A stretch of DNA of 61,861 nt, counting the filler, from Sphacelaria rigidula (Eukaryota): the NCBI GenBank assembly GCA_964200075.2. It is 8 parts of 8 records of this genome, joined end to end, with 100 filler letters (N's around TTAATTAATTAA, not from the genome) between each part and the next. Parts side by side here need not be neighbours in the genome. Positions count along the whole stretch, not along the records: positions 23,240 to 30,884 come from CAXNAA020013954.1; positions 30,985 to 38,629 come from CAXNAA020013955.1; 6 more parts are not named here. One strand, given 5' to 3'. A model generated the notes under the pieces. It worked only from the letters and a program-made list of their open reading frames with translations. It ran no database searches and was not told where the DNA came from. This document shows, piece by piece, positions 25,800 through 37,564 of this stretch (position 1 is the stretch's first letter; every line of letters starts with the position of its first letter). The position numbers and the translations under genes were made by a program.

Positions 25800-28700
25800 T
25801 GTAGTGCACACTATTTGTTCTCCCGCGCGACAATATGCACCAACACAATAAATTGAAAAATTCGGTACTGTACGTCTCTCATCGCACCTCCCATCAGGTT
25901 TCTCTCACACCCCAGCCCCGCTCCCACATTTCTCGCTGGGTGAGCACTACGTGGTCAACTTTTCACCTCTGGGTCGTGCATTCCACGACGCCCTTTTCAT
26001 CTTTTGTGCGTGTACTGGTAGATACATTTTTCATCTTTCGCGTGCGTACTACATACATATTCTCTTTTCCCTTTTGGCCCTGCACTGCGTGATCCACTTT
26101 TTCCTCTTTGGTGCTACACTACCTGGATCGCTTTAAGATCTCCTGATTTCTTGTTCGAAATTTCGTATCCCCCTGTAGTACTTTCAGTTTGGCACCAACA
26201 TGAGTGTTTCAGTCGGCTGCTACGGTTGTCTCCTCTTGGATCCCTGCACCTGACTTCAGCGTTTCGCACCCTCGCTGCCGCGCTTTTGATTGTCATTCTG
26301 TATTGAATTCCAACTATTCACGCATCGCCTTCACCTTGGCGACGTGATCCATACTAGTTTTGGTGTCCATTTTCGCGGTCTGGAGTTGTGTTATTTTTCT
26401 ACACCTCCTGTGTGCGGTGTCTTACTTGCACCACTGACGTACCCCTGTCCAGCGTGTGCCTGGCCACTAAGTACCCCAGTCATATTTGACGTGCATAGTG
26501 CGCCAGTCGGACATCTATCCGGGTGTCTGTCTTCTTTCACAGTCGCCTCATTGTTAGGTTTTGCTCTTGCACCAAACCTCTCGTGCGGCCCCTGTTGGGT
26601 TTATCTGTAAGTTTGTTCCTTTGCGACTATTTACACCTTTTGGTACACCTTTAGTGCGCCCCCCCTACTCCCCCATACACAGTTTCCCCTACAGGTGTCC
26701 TATTTCCGCCGCAGTTCCTCCCTTTTCGGCGTTAAATAATCTTCATCTTTTTGCTCTGCTGTCTGCCTTTTCGGTACTTGGAATTGCCGATATTACGCTG
26801 ATTGTTATTATCACAGCAGTCTACTCTACTTTGGTGTACCTCCGTTTATAAAATTCTGTAGTCTTTACTGCTTAATTTTTTTTTCGGTACTTATAGTCTC
26901 CTGCCGAGTCTACACTACCTGCTATTATTATACCAGAACTATTGTACTCTGGTGTCTGGCGTCCATTTCTACCTCTTCAATTTAATATGGCGCAACCGCA
27001 GGCAATAGTTCTCTCCTCGGCCCTGCCCACTTACAAATCTTTACGCCGTCAGCGTTTTCTTTCATCACTTCCTTCAAAATCATTCACTCTTACTTCCCCT
27101 GTACACGAAGAAGTAGAATCCGACAGGGCTTCGGCCCTTCACTCTGGCGACTACACGTCTCAAGACTTGGCTGCTAGTGGCGACCACGACCACCATTTCT
27201 TCAAGACTTCCAACATGATCGACGAGCCGCTACGCGCTCGCTCTGTTGTGAAACGCACACCGTCTAGGAGTTCCCATGTGTCTATAGAGCCCTCCTGGAC
27301 TCAGAACAAGGCCACAAGATTGCTCCAAGGGCTTCCTCCCTCACTAGGGCCTGGAGACTTCTAGACAGTTGTTATTCATAAACACACAGCCTTCGTCATC
27401 GGAAGTAACCACATGCGTGAAGCATGTGATGTTCAAATCCACATAGTCTGCCGATCAGACCCGCAAGTCCGTCAACCAATAGAAAACGCTTACAGCAGAT
27501 TGTTCCACTTGTATATCATCATGAACCTGCACGTACGTGTACTGGAGGTGGACTACTCTACATGCCTCACGAGTCGCCACGCGTTGCCACTGTTGTGAAA
27601 CGCAAACCGCTTCAGGCTTCTACCGCGGTTATTGACTCACCCCGCGCTCGCGGTGTTGATGAACGCATCCGTCCATGCCTTCAGACGTTTTCGGTACGTC
27701 GCACAAGGGTTCCGATGGCTTCCAGCGCCCGCGACGATACAGCATGTATCGTGAGGACTCTTCTGTTCACCAGCCCTCGCGCCGAACATCCTTCTCGCGT
27801 CTTGGCCGCTCCGAAGAGCCTTCCACAGGGCACTTGTCTTTAGTAATGGCCCTTGAGCACTTGCTTCGTTCATCACCGGCTGTCATTGCTGACGGTCCGG
27901 CGACAACTGCCCTTTCACAAGCGCTTGCGGCCGCGTTTCACACAGTCGTTCAATATTCAACGTCCTCAGATCATGTTCACTTTGACAGTAACGTGAATCA
28001 TCAGGCCTCTGTACCAGCGGCTGCAGCCCATGATGACGAACGTTCATCCTCAGATGTTCCTTTTGATTCGGATATGGATGGCGATGCCACTGTTCACCAT
28101 GGTGATCATACCACTTATGTTCATGATGTACGTGCATTGCTATCGGGATTATCATCGACCACGGGATCCTCACGACCTAAATCTGTCGATCGGACCCATG
28201 TGAGTTCACGATTGCCCAAAGATACCTCGTTGATTGACATTCTCGCATCTTTGCGAAACGGGCGCAGTACTAACCGGGCCCTTCCGCCTACCCTGATGCT
28301 GCCACTGTACGTGCGGTGGAACGACAAATTGCAGATTTTCGTCGATACCTGCGATCTGCTTCAACAATGGGTCGCACCCAGGCACCTTCCACCACCTTCC
28401 CTCTCGCGGCCACTCCAGCTCCTGCGGCTGCAGACATCGACACAGATGCGGAAAGCACCCGTGTCACGCCCCCCGCCACCAGCGCGGCGGCGACTGTCGC
28501 TCCCGCCGCGGCGGCCGCAGATGGCACCCCCATTACGGCCACTGATGAGGAACCGGCCACTTCGCCGCAGGCTTCTACCGCCACGGGCTCGGCTCCGGCG
28601 CCTGCCCCCGAATCTATCACGGACGACCGCCCACTGTTGGACGTTGAGCATTGCCCGCCGGGCCTCCTGCTTCGGCTCTGGTTGCGAGGTCCCCGCTCCG

Positions 28701-30270
28701 GTCAGGAGCAAATCCTCGAGGATTACCGCGCACCCTGCGCCACCTTCGCCCCGCCAAACGGCGGACGACGCTGCCCACCGTCTCCTTCATGACGACCTCA
28801 CGGCACGTCTCACGTGCAAACGTCGAATCGTCGACTCGGCGACCAGCCGCCAGCAGGCGACCCAGGAGACTCTGAATGAGCGTCTCGCGGCCTTTGACAA
28901 GATGCGCGACACCATCCGGCGCGATGAACACCGCCTGCGCCAATACACCGCGGCCACGGCCATCGCCACCTCGGCTCTCCGATTTTTGGAACAGGAGCGG
29001 CACTTTCCTCTTCTGAGGACAACGCCGACCGCATCAGCGCCTGCGCCTACCTCTGCACATCCAAGCTCTGCAGAGAACCGTCGGCCCTCGCGCCCAGACG
29101 CTGCTGCTGCCGCTTCTATGGCCTCGCCTACGCGCACCCCGCCTGCACCACCGCAGGTCCCTCAGGCCTCGGCGCCCCCTGCCCCCACACCTTGGCTCCG
29201 CCTTCAGGGTAGCGAACGTTGTTGGCTTTCTTGGACGCTACGCCAACTTTCAGGGAAGCATAACCGCAACAATGTTCTCCGCGCCTCTGAGCAGGCTTGG
29301 CGCTCACTAACTCTGCCCATAAATAGTGTGATCGCCCCCTTCCTTGCAAGGGGGACAGCTGCCGCACAACGACCCGGGAGCTCTCACCATTGAACGAAGT
29401 ATCCTCTACCTTACAATCGGTACCGGGGACAGTCGCCCTGCTTATGAGGCCGCCGTCGCCACCTTCTTCGCTGCTATGCGGGCAGCCCACAACACGCTGC
29501 CGCCCGACGATGATGGGGCCTGGACAACACCCCACCCCCCTCGCCACCGTCGTGATCACGACCACTTCGACGACGACCAACCCGGTGCCGAACAGCGCCG
29601 CGGTCAGGGCACCACCCGTAACCACAACAATGGTCGCCGCACAACCCGGGGCACCCATAAACGCTCCGGCAACCAATCTTCAAGCTCGTCTACGACCAGA
29701 CTCCGTCAGAACACCTTGACGCGATCCATGCGGCCCTCACCGGCCGTCAGGCAAGTAACGCCTCCTTCATCAGCTGCGTCTGCTCGCCTTTGAGGTCTCA
29801 CGGATAGTGATAGTGACAATTCGGTTCGCCCATTCTCTTTAAACTCGGCTCGGTCACTAGCTGCCGCCGCCGCAGCCAAACAACAAGCTGCCGCTGATAA
29901 AGTCGCTTCCGATACTCGTAGAGAAGCGTCTCGTGTCGCTGCAATCAAGCGTGAGTACTTACAGATGGATGTAAAGAAACTCTGGCACATCAAAACCATG
30001 CCTGCTGCAGACAATGAGGACTCTGATCAGTTTACGCCCGCTCTCATTTCCTCAATGCGTCGAGCGATGCGCAACATCCTTGAGTGGGCCGATGCAACTG
30101 GTCGACAACGTTTCGAAGACTCTGACTGGCTTGATGGATGGCAAACACCGCTGCATGAGGCATTGCATCGCTCAATCAGCCGTCGCTCCCCTGACGTTGT
30201 TGCTTCCTTAACGCAGATTCTCGACTCCTTCTTCGCCGCCATGAATCAAGATTGTACCGGCGGGCAAAGC
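25800..30270 (+). mobile_element. Putative LTR retrotransposon 5' part: candidate LTR (25800-26053), long leader and frameshifted gag-like ORF (~27846-30270)
   Basis: TGTAGT...ACTACA inverted termini 254 bp apart with an internal AATAAA. Downstream is a long intronless coding-like region broken into ORFs 27675, 28316, 29344 and 29965. No diagnostic motif was recognised. Confidence 0.45.
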
Positions 30271-30272
30271 TT

Positions 30273-30707
30273 AATCCTAAGCCAGGTCACATCAGCTTCC
30301 GCTACGAACTTGTTAGCGCCTACTCTACCATCTTTTAAAAATACAACTGACTTCTCATTGATCATCGATCGTTTCCGGATCAGACCCGCAACCATGGCAG
30401 TTTGGAGTATCGAAGTCTGTCTGTTGACGGGTGACAAGTCACACCGTAGGTCATAGAGGGCACTTTCAGACAGCTGCTGCAACGGCTGGAGGAGGCGCAT
30501 AAAAAATTACCGCAACTTTATGCTCGTTTCAAGAACATTATAAGCTTGCCAGAAATTTTACGCTCGTCTTAAGCCTTTAAAACAAGAGCTTATTTCAAGT
30601 TGAAATAATCCAGATTAAGCTACACCTTATGCGCGCATACGAAGAAAAATCCTAGAGCCAGTTCACATCAGCTTCCGCTACGAACTTGTTAGCGTCCACT
30701 CTACCAT
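30273..30707. repeat. ~58-bp direct repeat (30273-30331 and 30648-30707)
   Basis: AATCCTA(G)AGCCAG.TCACATCAGCTTCCGCTACGAACTTGTTAGCG...ACTCTACCAT occurs twice; the first copy truncates the gag-like ORF. Confidence 0.75.
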
Positions 30708-30984
30708 ACGGGATTATACAAGATGGGGATGGATCTTTATTTGGGGATGAAAACCCGGAGAATTGAAATATTCGTATCCACACTAAATCTTCGAAGTATG
30801 CTTCCATTTCTTCACCTAACAGGGTTGCCAGAAAAATGAGAACGTATTTTGAAATGAGAATCAACCGCTCCCCGGGATTGTGTCNNNNNNNNNNNNNNNN
30901 NNNNNNNNNNNNNNNNNNNNNNNNNNNNTTAATTAATTAANNNNNNNNNNNNNNNNNNNNNNNNNNNNNNNNNNNNNNNNNNNN

Positions 30985-31056
30985 CTCCGTCTCGAAAGGG
31001 ATGCGTGGTCAATGGTCAAATGACTAAGGCAAGCAACAAATGAGTACGCCCCCCCC
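30985..31056 (+). mobile_element. LINE 3' terminus with C tail
   Basis: CGTCTCGAAAGGGATGCGTGGTCAATGGTCAAATGACTAAGGCAAGCAACAAATGAGTACGCCCCCCC. Confidence 0.85.
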
Positions 31057-31059
31057 ATA

Positions 31060-31614
31060 GCGGTGGTGCAAGACGTCATGATCTCTCACAGGATGGGAAT
31101 ACAGCCAGGGGTGGTACTGCTTCTGCGCTGTACACTACGAATCGTTCCCACCGTCTTCTTCCAGCTGAGGCTAGCAAGAGTGACGAGCTGCACCCAAGTC
31201 AACGTGTACCCGTCGAGCATTTGAATATTTACGCAACACAACCAAGCGAATGCTGATACCATGGCGGCGTCAGGAGGTCTTCTGATTGCGATGCCAAGCT
31301 TTTCTACTTCGTGAATGGCCCATTGTGACGCGTATGGCAGTTTTGATGGACGATGAATGTCCCACTTTGCTGGTTAGGGTGTATTGACTTTGGACTGGAC
31401 GTGACCACGGCGGGGAAGGTGGGTGTGGTTCTTTTTCATTCCGCTATTGAGCTCTGAAGAGGAACAACGGTTTTCAGAGTGAAGTGGTGCAAACGGCACT
31501 CTGACTCTGAAAAAACGCTCTTAAGAAAACTTCAAAGCGGAAAGTGCACCGTTACCGGCTATTTTCCCTTCCACTCTGACTCTAGGATTTGAAAAAACAT
31601 TTTCCGAAACTCTC
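31060..31614. mobile_element. Partial copy of the MITE at 8641-9725
   Basis: Colinear similarity to ~9180-9725, e.g. CTTCAAAGCGGAAAGTGCA.CGTTACCGGCT..TTCCACTCTGACTCTA..TCCGAAACTCTC. Confidence 0.7.
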
Positions 31615-33107
31615 TATTACCCATAGAACATTTGTGCGAAATTTCAGGGTCTAACTCCTTGAAACGGCGTGAGGTTTTGCCGATGAGCGTTTTCTGGGTG
31701 ATCACCGTGAACCAGCCTGTACTTATAAGAGGTATCTCAAACTCGGCGTCCCGGTATCCTGGTATGGTATTTGGCTCTTCCCATCCCGGAATGGATTTAA
31801 GGATATCTCCGGAAATCAGTAGAGTTGTCTCAAACTGGGCTCCTGCATTATCTTCACTTGAAAAATGAATGTGAGCCACACCATCCCGTCGCGCAAGCTC
31901 TGAACTCACGACTCGAGGGAGCAAACCTCGCGCAAGGCGGAGGCAAGACTCAGGCCACACCGGAGCAGAGGGCGGAGCGAGCTCAGCAGAAGATGAGATA
32001 GAATGAGCAATTAGCGCGACCACCGCCGGACATGCCAGGGCTCGAGTGCAGAAATTGCAGTAGAGCAGGGCGCCCTTACCAGCATCCCTTCGACACGTGT
32101 GCCTGGACTAGGTGTACCAGGTGCAAGTGGGTGGGGCACATCGTAAGAAACTGCGTCAGAATGCCGATTCCGGAGTAAAAGGGCAAAGCGGAGCGGAAAT
32201 GCAGATAAAGGCGGACAAGAGCGGAGAGGGGCGGGGCAGATCGCATTCCTGGAGAGTGCGGGGCGCGGCGACTGGGCAACGGAGCGGGAGCGGAGGGGGC
32301 GGTCATCGCTCATTTGTAAATGAGTTGTAGTATGCGGTCCGATTGGGTATTCAAGCGGAGATGAGGCGAGTAGGGATGCACAGACATAAGCGCGTTGCGG
32401 GTAATTGAGGAGAGAAGTAAACGGAAAGTACAGAAGCGTGGGCGGGCGGGGCGCAACTAGAGAACAAAGGTAGAAGGTTGGAGAGCGGGCGGCGTTCTTG
32501 TAGCTGGTGCGGTGATACGTTTGTGGGGCGTGAACGATGGCAATGATTGGGCCTAGTCGACGTGCATTGGTTGGGGGTAAAAGGTGGCGGAAGTGCTAAT
32601 GATAGCGTTCATAACAATAATAAACCAAAAAAAAAAGAAGACAGCTGTGATCATTCCGCTTCGCGAGAGCGGGTGGAAAAGAATTTCCCCGCACGACCGT
32701 TTGGGCGGACCAGCATATCACTTGTGGCAGCTACAAGATGGCCGCCATCGCCCTAACTGCGTGCACATATATCTAGAACGCTTAAAACGATACTAGATAG
32801 CTTCTGAACTGAAACAGCGGCCCCGGTCGCACTGCGGATCTGGGTGAAATCCTGCCAGATTTGTAGCAGTATACTAGTACGTCTTGGTAGGACGCCTGGA
32901 GACGCGTAGGCTGGAGGTTGCTGAACTCATCCGCGATACACTGGAACGGAACTTCAGCCGACGGCAGCATCGTTTGACTGTTTGCGTTATGTATTTGTAT
33001 AAACATTCACAGTCAGGCTGAAGAAAAGAAAACAAAACAAAACAGAGCTGGTATTGTAATTTCATGCTTGCTTGCACGCGTCATACCTCGCCTCACGTAC
33101 ATAATAG

Positions 33108-35402
33108 GTGGGTGCAGAGGCCTGGTTGGAAGGGTTACGTATCAGAAGACGTGCAGTGGGGCCTATCAGCGCCCCGGCGCCAACGCTCACAAAGCAAGAA
33201 CAATGGGCGCGAGAAGCGGGTTGGCACCAGAGCAGCGCAAGCACGACGCCCGCACCACACGATGTTTTACGCACGCAGTTTGTATTGGCGACAACAGCCC
33301 CGTGGGCTATAGCTTTTCGTGATGACAAAAATTTCGTGCCGGGGATGCTGGAGCAACATGTTGACTTCTGGGACAAAACTTTGTTAGCAGGACACCCGGA
33401 CCATGGCAAAATTTTACCATGGATTGTACACGGGGTAAGTGTATTCGGTTTCTTGAACGATCGAGCAAAAGGGAAAACAGTATACCAGCCGTTCGCACCA
33501 GACGCTTTCCCAGGACGTGTTTTCCCAAATCGGATCCCGCGAGAACATGCCGCTTTCGTAGAGGACGAGGTAACCGCTTTGGTAGACAGGGGATGCTTAG
33601 TACCTTGGGCAACAGTTAAGGACCCAGGAGGAGGCCGCAGACCTAGACGTATAGAAGCTTTGAGCGTCGAGCCCACGAAGCCGCGACTAGTATACGATGC
33701 AAGACCACTTGACGAAGACTGTAAGCATGTACCTTTCTCCATGACACAGTGGGTGCGATTGCGGGCATGGCATGGCAAGGATGCTTTCAGGGTTCTTTAG
33801 ATAACAAAAGTGGGTTTCATCACATCATGCTGCATCCAGACTCGTGGCCGTTGTTTGGTGTCGAATTCCAGGGAGTGGACTACGTATGGACGGTAATTCC
33901 ATTTGGTTGGAATGAGAGCACGTACGTCCATCACGACATTTCGGGAGTCAGATCATATTTCTTGAGGGCGCGTGGCATACCCGCAACTACATACATTGAC
34001 GACGCGTGGTTGACAGGCTTGTTGAGCACAAAAGGACAGGTAGAGCAGTTGCAGTGGAGAGCAGCGGCGGCAGTGATAGCACTGGCAGTGTCTGTTTCCT
34101 TCTTGGCAGGGTTTTACTTGAGCATCAAGAAGTGTGATCTTGTCCCGCGGAGAGTGCAGCGATACTTTGGCATTATATGTGACAGTGAACGAGCGGCGTA
34201 CCATGTTCCGCAGGACAAGCTGGACAAGCTTGGCACCTTGATTAGGAGGGTGATGAAAAACAGGGCAGTCGATGCGGCTACACTGCAGAAGATCGCGGGA
34301 AAGTGCATGAGTATGAAGGTAGCGGTGCGGCCGGCGTCCCTATGGACGCACTTCATTTTCAAGGATGTGCAAGCGCTCGACAAAAAGGTTAAAGGGAAAT
34401 GGTTGACGGAGATCCCAGTGCAGAAAGGTAGCGGCCTCTGAGGATGAGTTAGAGCTATGGTTAGGCGTTACGCAGCACTCGCAGCAGGGTCCGTGGTATT
34501 CCGCCAAGCACTATGCGCTGGCCGTCACGAGAGGCGCCACGGATGCTTCGCCCATGGGGGGTGTGATGCGAGTGGACGGTCAGCTTTTCCAAGCTGGTGC
34601 AGAGGTTTCCTCAGTATGGACACAGCAGCACATTAACGCCAAGGAGGCATTCGCACTTAATAAGGCCTTGCGTGAATTTTGCAGGAGAGCGCCGGGGCGA
34701 CTTAGAGGAGCGCAGGTTTAAGTGGATGTTGACAATATGTCAGTGGTGGATGCTTTTGCACGAGGTAGATCGAGAAACCCCAGTACACATGCACTGTTGC
34801 TCGATCTATATAACCTGCAGAGGAGAGAGGGATTTTGGTTAAGGTTGCAATGGGTATCATCCGCGCAAAATAGCGAAGCAAGTGCTATTGCCAGAACAGG
34901 TAGGGTGGAGTTTGTGAGGTGGCGCCATGAGATTTTCGCGGATTTGTGGATATTCTTCGGGGCATTTGACGCAGACTTCATGGCCACAAACGTCTCAGTA
35001 CACCGGGTGCCACGAGGGCAACCAAGAGAGGGCAGTGGGTACCCGTTTTGCGCGCGATACGCATGTCCGGGAGCGGCGGCAATAGATGTGCTGGCGCAAG
35101 ATGTTGCATTGACTCCGGGCTTGAGCGAGAAGGGTCTTTATTTCTGTTTCCCGCCCGTGTGTATGGTGGGGGGGGTGTTGCAACGAATGGGGGAGTGCAG
35201 GGCAAGAGCAGTGGTCGTGGTGCCAGCGACAAAAGGGGCTTGGTACCCTAGGTTAAGGAGTGCGCGTGTCAAGGAGAAATTGGTAGCAAAGGCAGGAGAG
35301 CGGCATGCTTTCTTCTCAGAGCACCGTACAAAGGGTGTAAGGCCGTTTGTATTTGAAAAGTGGGACATGGTAGCGGTGGAGCTTAATTTTGGCCTGGCAT
35401 AG
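33108..35402 (+). pseudogene. DIRS-type pol: reverse transcriptase, RNase H and N6-adenine methyltransferase-like domain (2 frameshifts, 1 stop)
   Basis: RT: KPRLVYDARPLD, LDNKSGFHHI, VIPFGWNES, YIDD. RNase H: TDAS, HINAKE, VDN, WVSSAQN. MTase-like: FDADFMAT..IDVLAQD..YFCFPP..VVVVP..WYPRL. Frameshifts at ~33745 and ~34440; TAA at 34719. Confidence 0.88.
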
Positions 35403-35453
35403 GCAGCCCGTTCTGCCTTTGTCACTTCATGGTCCTCCGTGCTGCTGTGCTAG

Positions 35454-36848
35454 GTGATGGAGAGCACAGATACCTGGGTGGCGGCATTTGCGCCGATAGG
35501 AGAGAGCGGAGGAGGAATAACGGCAGGAACAGCCTCTCTAGGGGTGCCCCAAGGCGCTACCAGAATTGCAGATCGGATGCCTAGAGTGCTGTACGGAGCA
35601 TGCCTAGAGCATAATAATGGCAATTACAGGTTTTGTCAGCGCTGTGGTGTGCCCGCCAAATTAACGCGGCCGGCACCGCGACCGCAAGGGGAGGCCCACT
35701 TGCATATCAACGACAGTCTGCTTAATGACAGGCTGGCGGCGTTTGCCGCAGCAAGAGCGGCTAAAGTTGGGCATAGGCGTAAGAAGAGTGTCGTAGCAGA
35801 TGATTTCGACCGTTTCATACGACAGCGTTCGGGTGGCGCAGTAGGGTGGGAAAATGCCACGCCAGAGCAAGTCGTGGATTATGTGGCATACAAGGACTCG
35901 CAGAGCACGGGTACAAAGGTAGTGCACGTTCCGCAATGCCCACAGATAGGCACAGACAGCTTGGTACAATGCAAAGATCTAGGTCTCGGGTGCGCGAAGC
36001 GGTATGCACATACTTCGCTAAATAAACAGTATATATCGAAACTGCGCTGTGCGTATACGGAGATCCTCGCTAACAGCGACGATTGGTCCGTCACAGAACA
36101 CCGAGGTAATCCGGTCAAGAGTGTGCCAGTGACGGAATACTTAGCATTCGCGGCCGCAGAGCAGCAGAAGGCGGGTGTGGCTACAAAGCAGGCGAGGCCG
36201 CTGCTACGGCCGGACCTAGCCGCGTTTGTCGCAGCTATCAGAATACAGTTAGCAGGAACTGAAAACCCCGCGGAGTCCATTGCTTTAGTCAGGGATATGG
36301 CGTGGTTTATGGTGGCTTCACGTACGGCGGGTAGAGGAGGAGATTTGACGCGTATGATGGCAGGAAGTGTTCTGCGGCTGCCCGAGGATCAGGGTATCGT
36401 CTTGAACTTTCGTTTCACCAAAACGCTGAGGGAGGGTTCGCGGCATGTATGCTACGTAGCCCCAGACAGGGATATGCGTGACACGTGTGCAGTGGCGGCG
36501 CTACAAGTATATGCACAGGCCATGAAATCATGCGGCTGGCAGGGAAACCAAGGTTTCCTTTTTCCCGAGATACGGAGGACAGGTGATATTAGGTTGGCAA
36601 AGTGTGATACCGCGATGACACCGCGGGCGATGACGGCTCGACATCAGAAGCATGCCCAGCGAGCGGGTTTGGGGGATAAAAATTTTATGATGCATTCATT
36701 CCGGGTGGGGGTGGCGGTAGCGCGCACCATAGCGGGCCAGGATGTGGCGACAGTTATGGCGCAGATTGGGTGGAAGTCGAGCCGGGTTGCGAGTCGGTAT
36801 ATTGGGCAAACAACGCGACCGGAGCGACACGGGGGTAAGGCGCAGTAG
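35454..36848 (+). CDS. ALOG-domain tyrosine recombinase (Cys-rich N-terminus, ALOG DNA-binding domain, YR catalytic domain)
   Basis: Open ORF of 464 aa (possible ATG at 35577). ALOG-like TKVVH..CP....C....C.KR.A..SL...ISKLR.AY..GNP..S..V..YL....EQ..AG. Catalytic residues R (GRGGDL), K (TKT), HSFR, GW and SRY. Confidence 0.9.
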   Translation: MMESTDTWVAAFAPIGESGGGITAGTASLGVPQGATRIADRMPRVLYGACLEHNNGNYRFCQRCGVPAKLTRPAPRPQGEAHLHINDSLLNDRLAAFAAARAAKVGHRRKKSVVADDFDRFIRQRSGGAVGWENATPEQVVDYVAYKDSQSTGTKVVHVPQCPQIGTDSLVQCKDLGLGCAKRYAHTSLNKQYISKLRCAYTEILANSDDWSVTEHRGNPVKSVPVTEYLAFAAAEQQKAGVATKQARPLLRPDLAAFVAAIRIQLAGTENPAESIALVRDMAWFMVASRTAGRGGDLTRMMAGSVLRLPEDQGIVLNFRFTKTLREGSRHVCYVAPDRDMRDTCAVAALQVYAQAMKSCGWQGNQGFLFPEIRRTGDIRLAKCDTAMTPRAMTARHQKHAQRAGLGDKNFMMHSFRVGVAVARTIAGQDVATVMAQIGWKSSRVASRYIGQTTRPERHGGKAQ

Positions 36849-37128
36849 GTCGCCGAAGCGGATTACGCGGATACCAATACTTTTGTAGCAAGCCTCGACC
36901 CGGCGGAATTTGGTTTCTTTAACGTAACATGAGAAGGCTGAGGGAGGGTCAGCTGACAAGGGACACGCAGAGATGCACAGAGACCTTGGCAATGTGGGGA
37001 TCCGGTATACAGCTGGCTAGATTAAGGTCGGTTGCGCTTGCTAATTAAAAAAGAAAACAAGGCACAGACAGGAAGACGTACAAGCCAAGAAGTCTGGGTG
37101 AGCCGCCGGGCGCCAGTAAATAAGTCTG

Positions 37129-37564
37129 GGTGAGGTCGCCGGCGGGGCTGGAGACCTCATTCCATCCCAATACTAACAGGACGAAGAGTGCAAGAGAGAA
37201 TGTACTGCAGTATTTTCACATTCCATTATGGCCGCATTTTGGGGTTTCGACACAAAAAGGCGGTGTTAACGGAAGGGGAAGAATACAAAGAACGTTCCGA
37301 GAACAACAGACCCAACCCCGTATCAAGCACATATAATCAGTCTGAAATAAGTAGCAAGAAAAATACAGCCCTAAAAGGGTGCAAGAACGGATAGGATTTT
37401 GGCCATCTCGCCCACCCGGCAGACAGCGGAGCAGAGAGCGAGGGTTGAGCCTTGTCTCGCCAGGGAACTTGGCGCTCCCTCGCGAGCGCAAGGGGTCCTC
37501 TCAACCTGGTGAGGTCGCCGGCGGGGCTGGAGACCTCATTCCATCCCATTAATAACAGGACGAA
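37129..37564 (+). repeat. 3' split direct repeats of the YR retrotransposon (37129-37185 and 37508-37564)
   Basis: GGTGAGGTCGCCGGCGGGGCTGGAGACCTCATTCCATCCCA is identical in both copies and is followed by a near-identical ..TAACAGGACGAA. Confidence 0.85.

Larger units (their letters stand above)
33108..37564 (+). mobile_element. Tyrosine-recombinase (DIRS/Ngaro-like) retrotransposon, ALOG-domain type
   Basis: Order RT - RNase H - MTase-like, then a YR ORF, then a 3' direct repeat pair. The 5' end and gag were not identified and may lie degenerate in 31870-33100. Confidence 0.92.
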
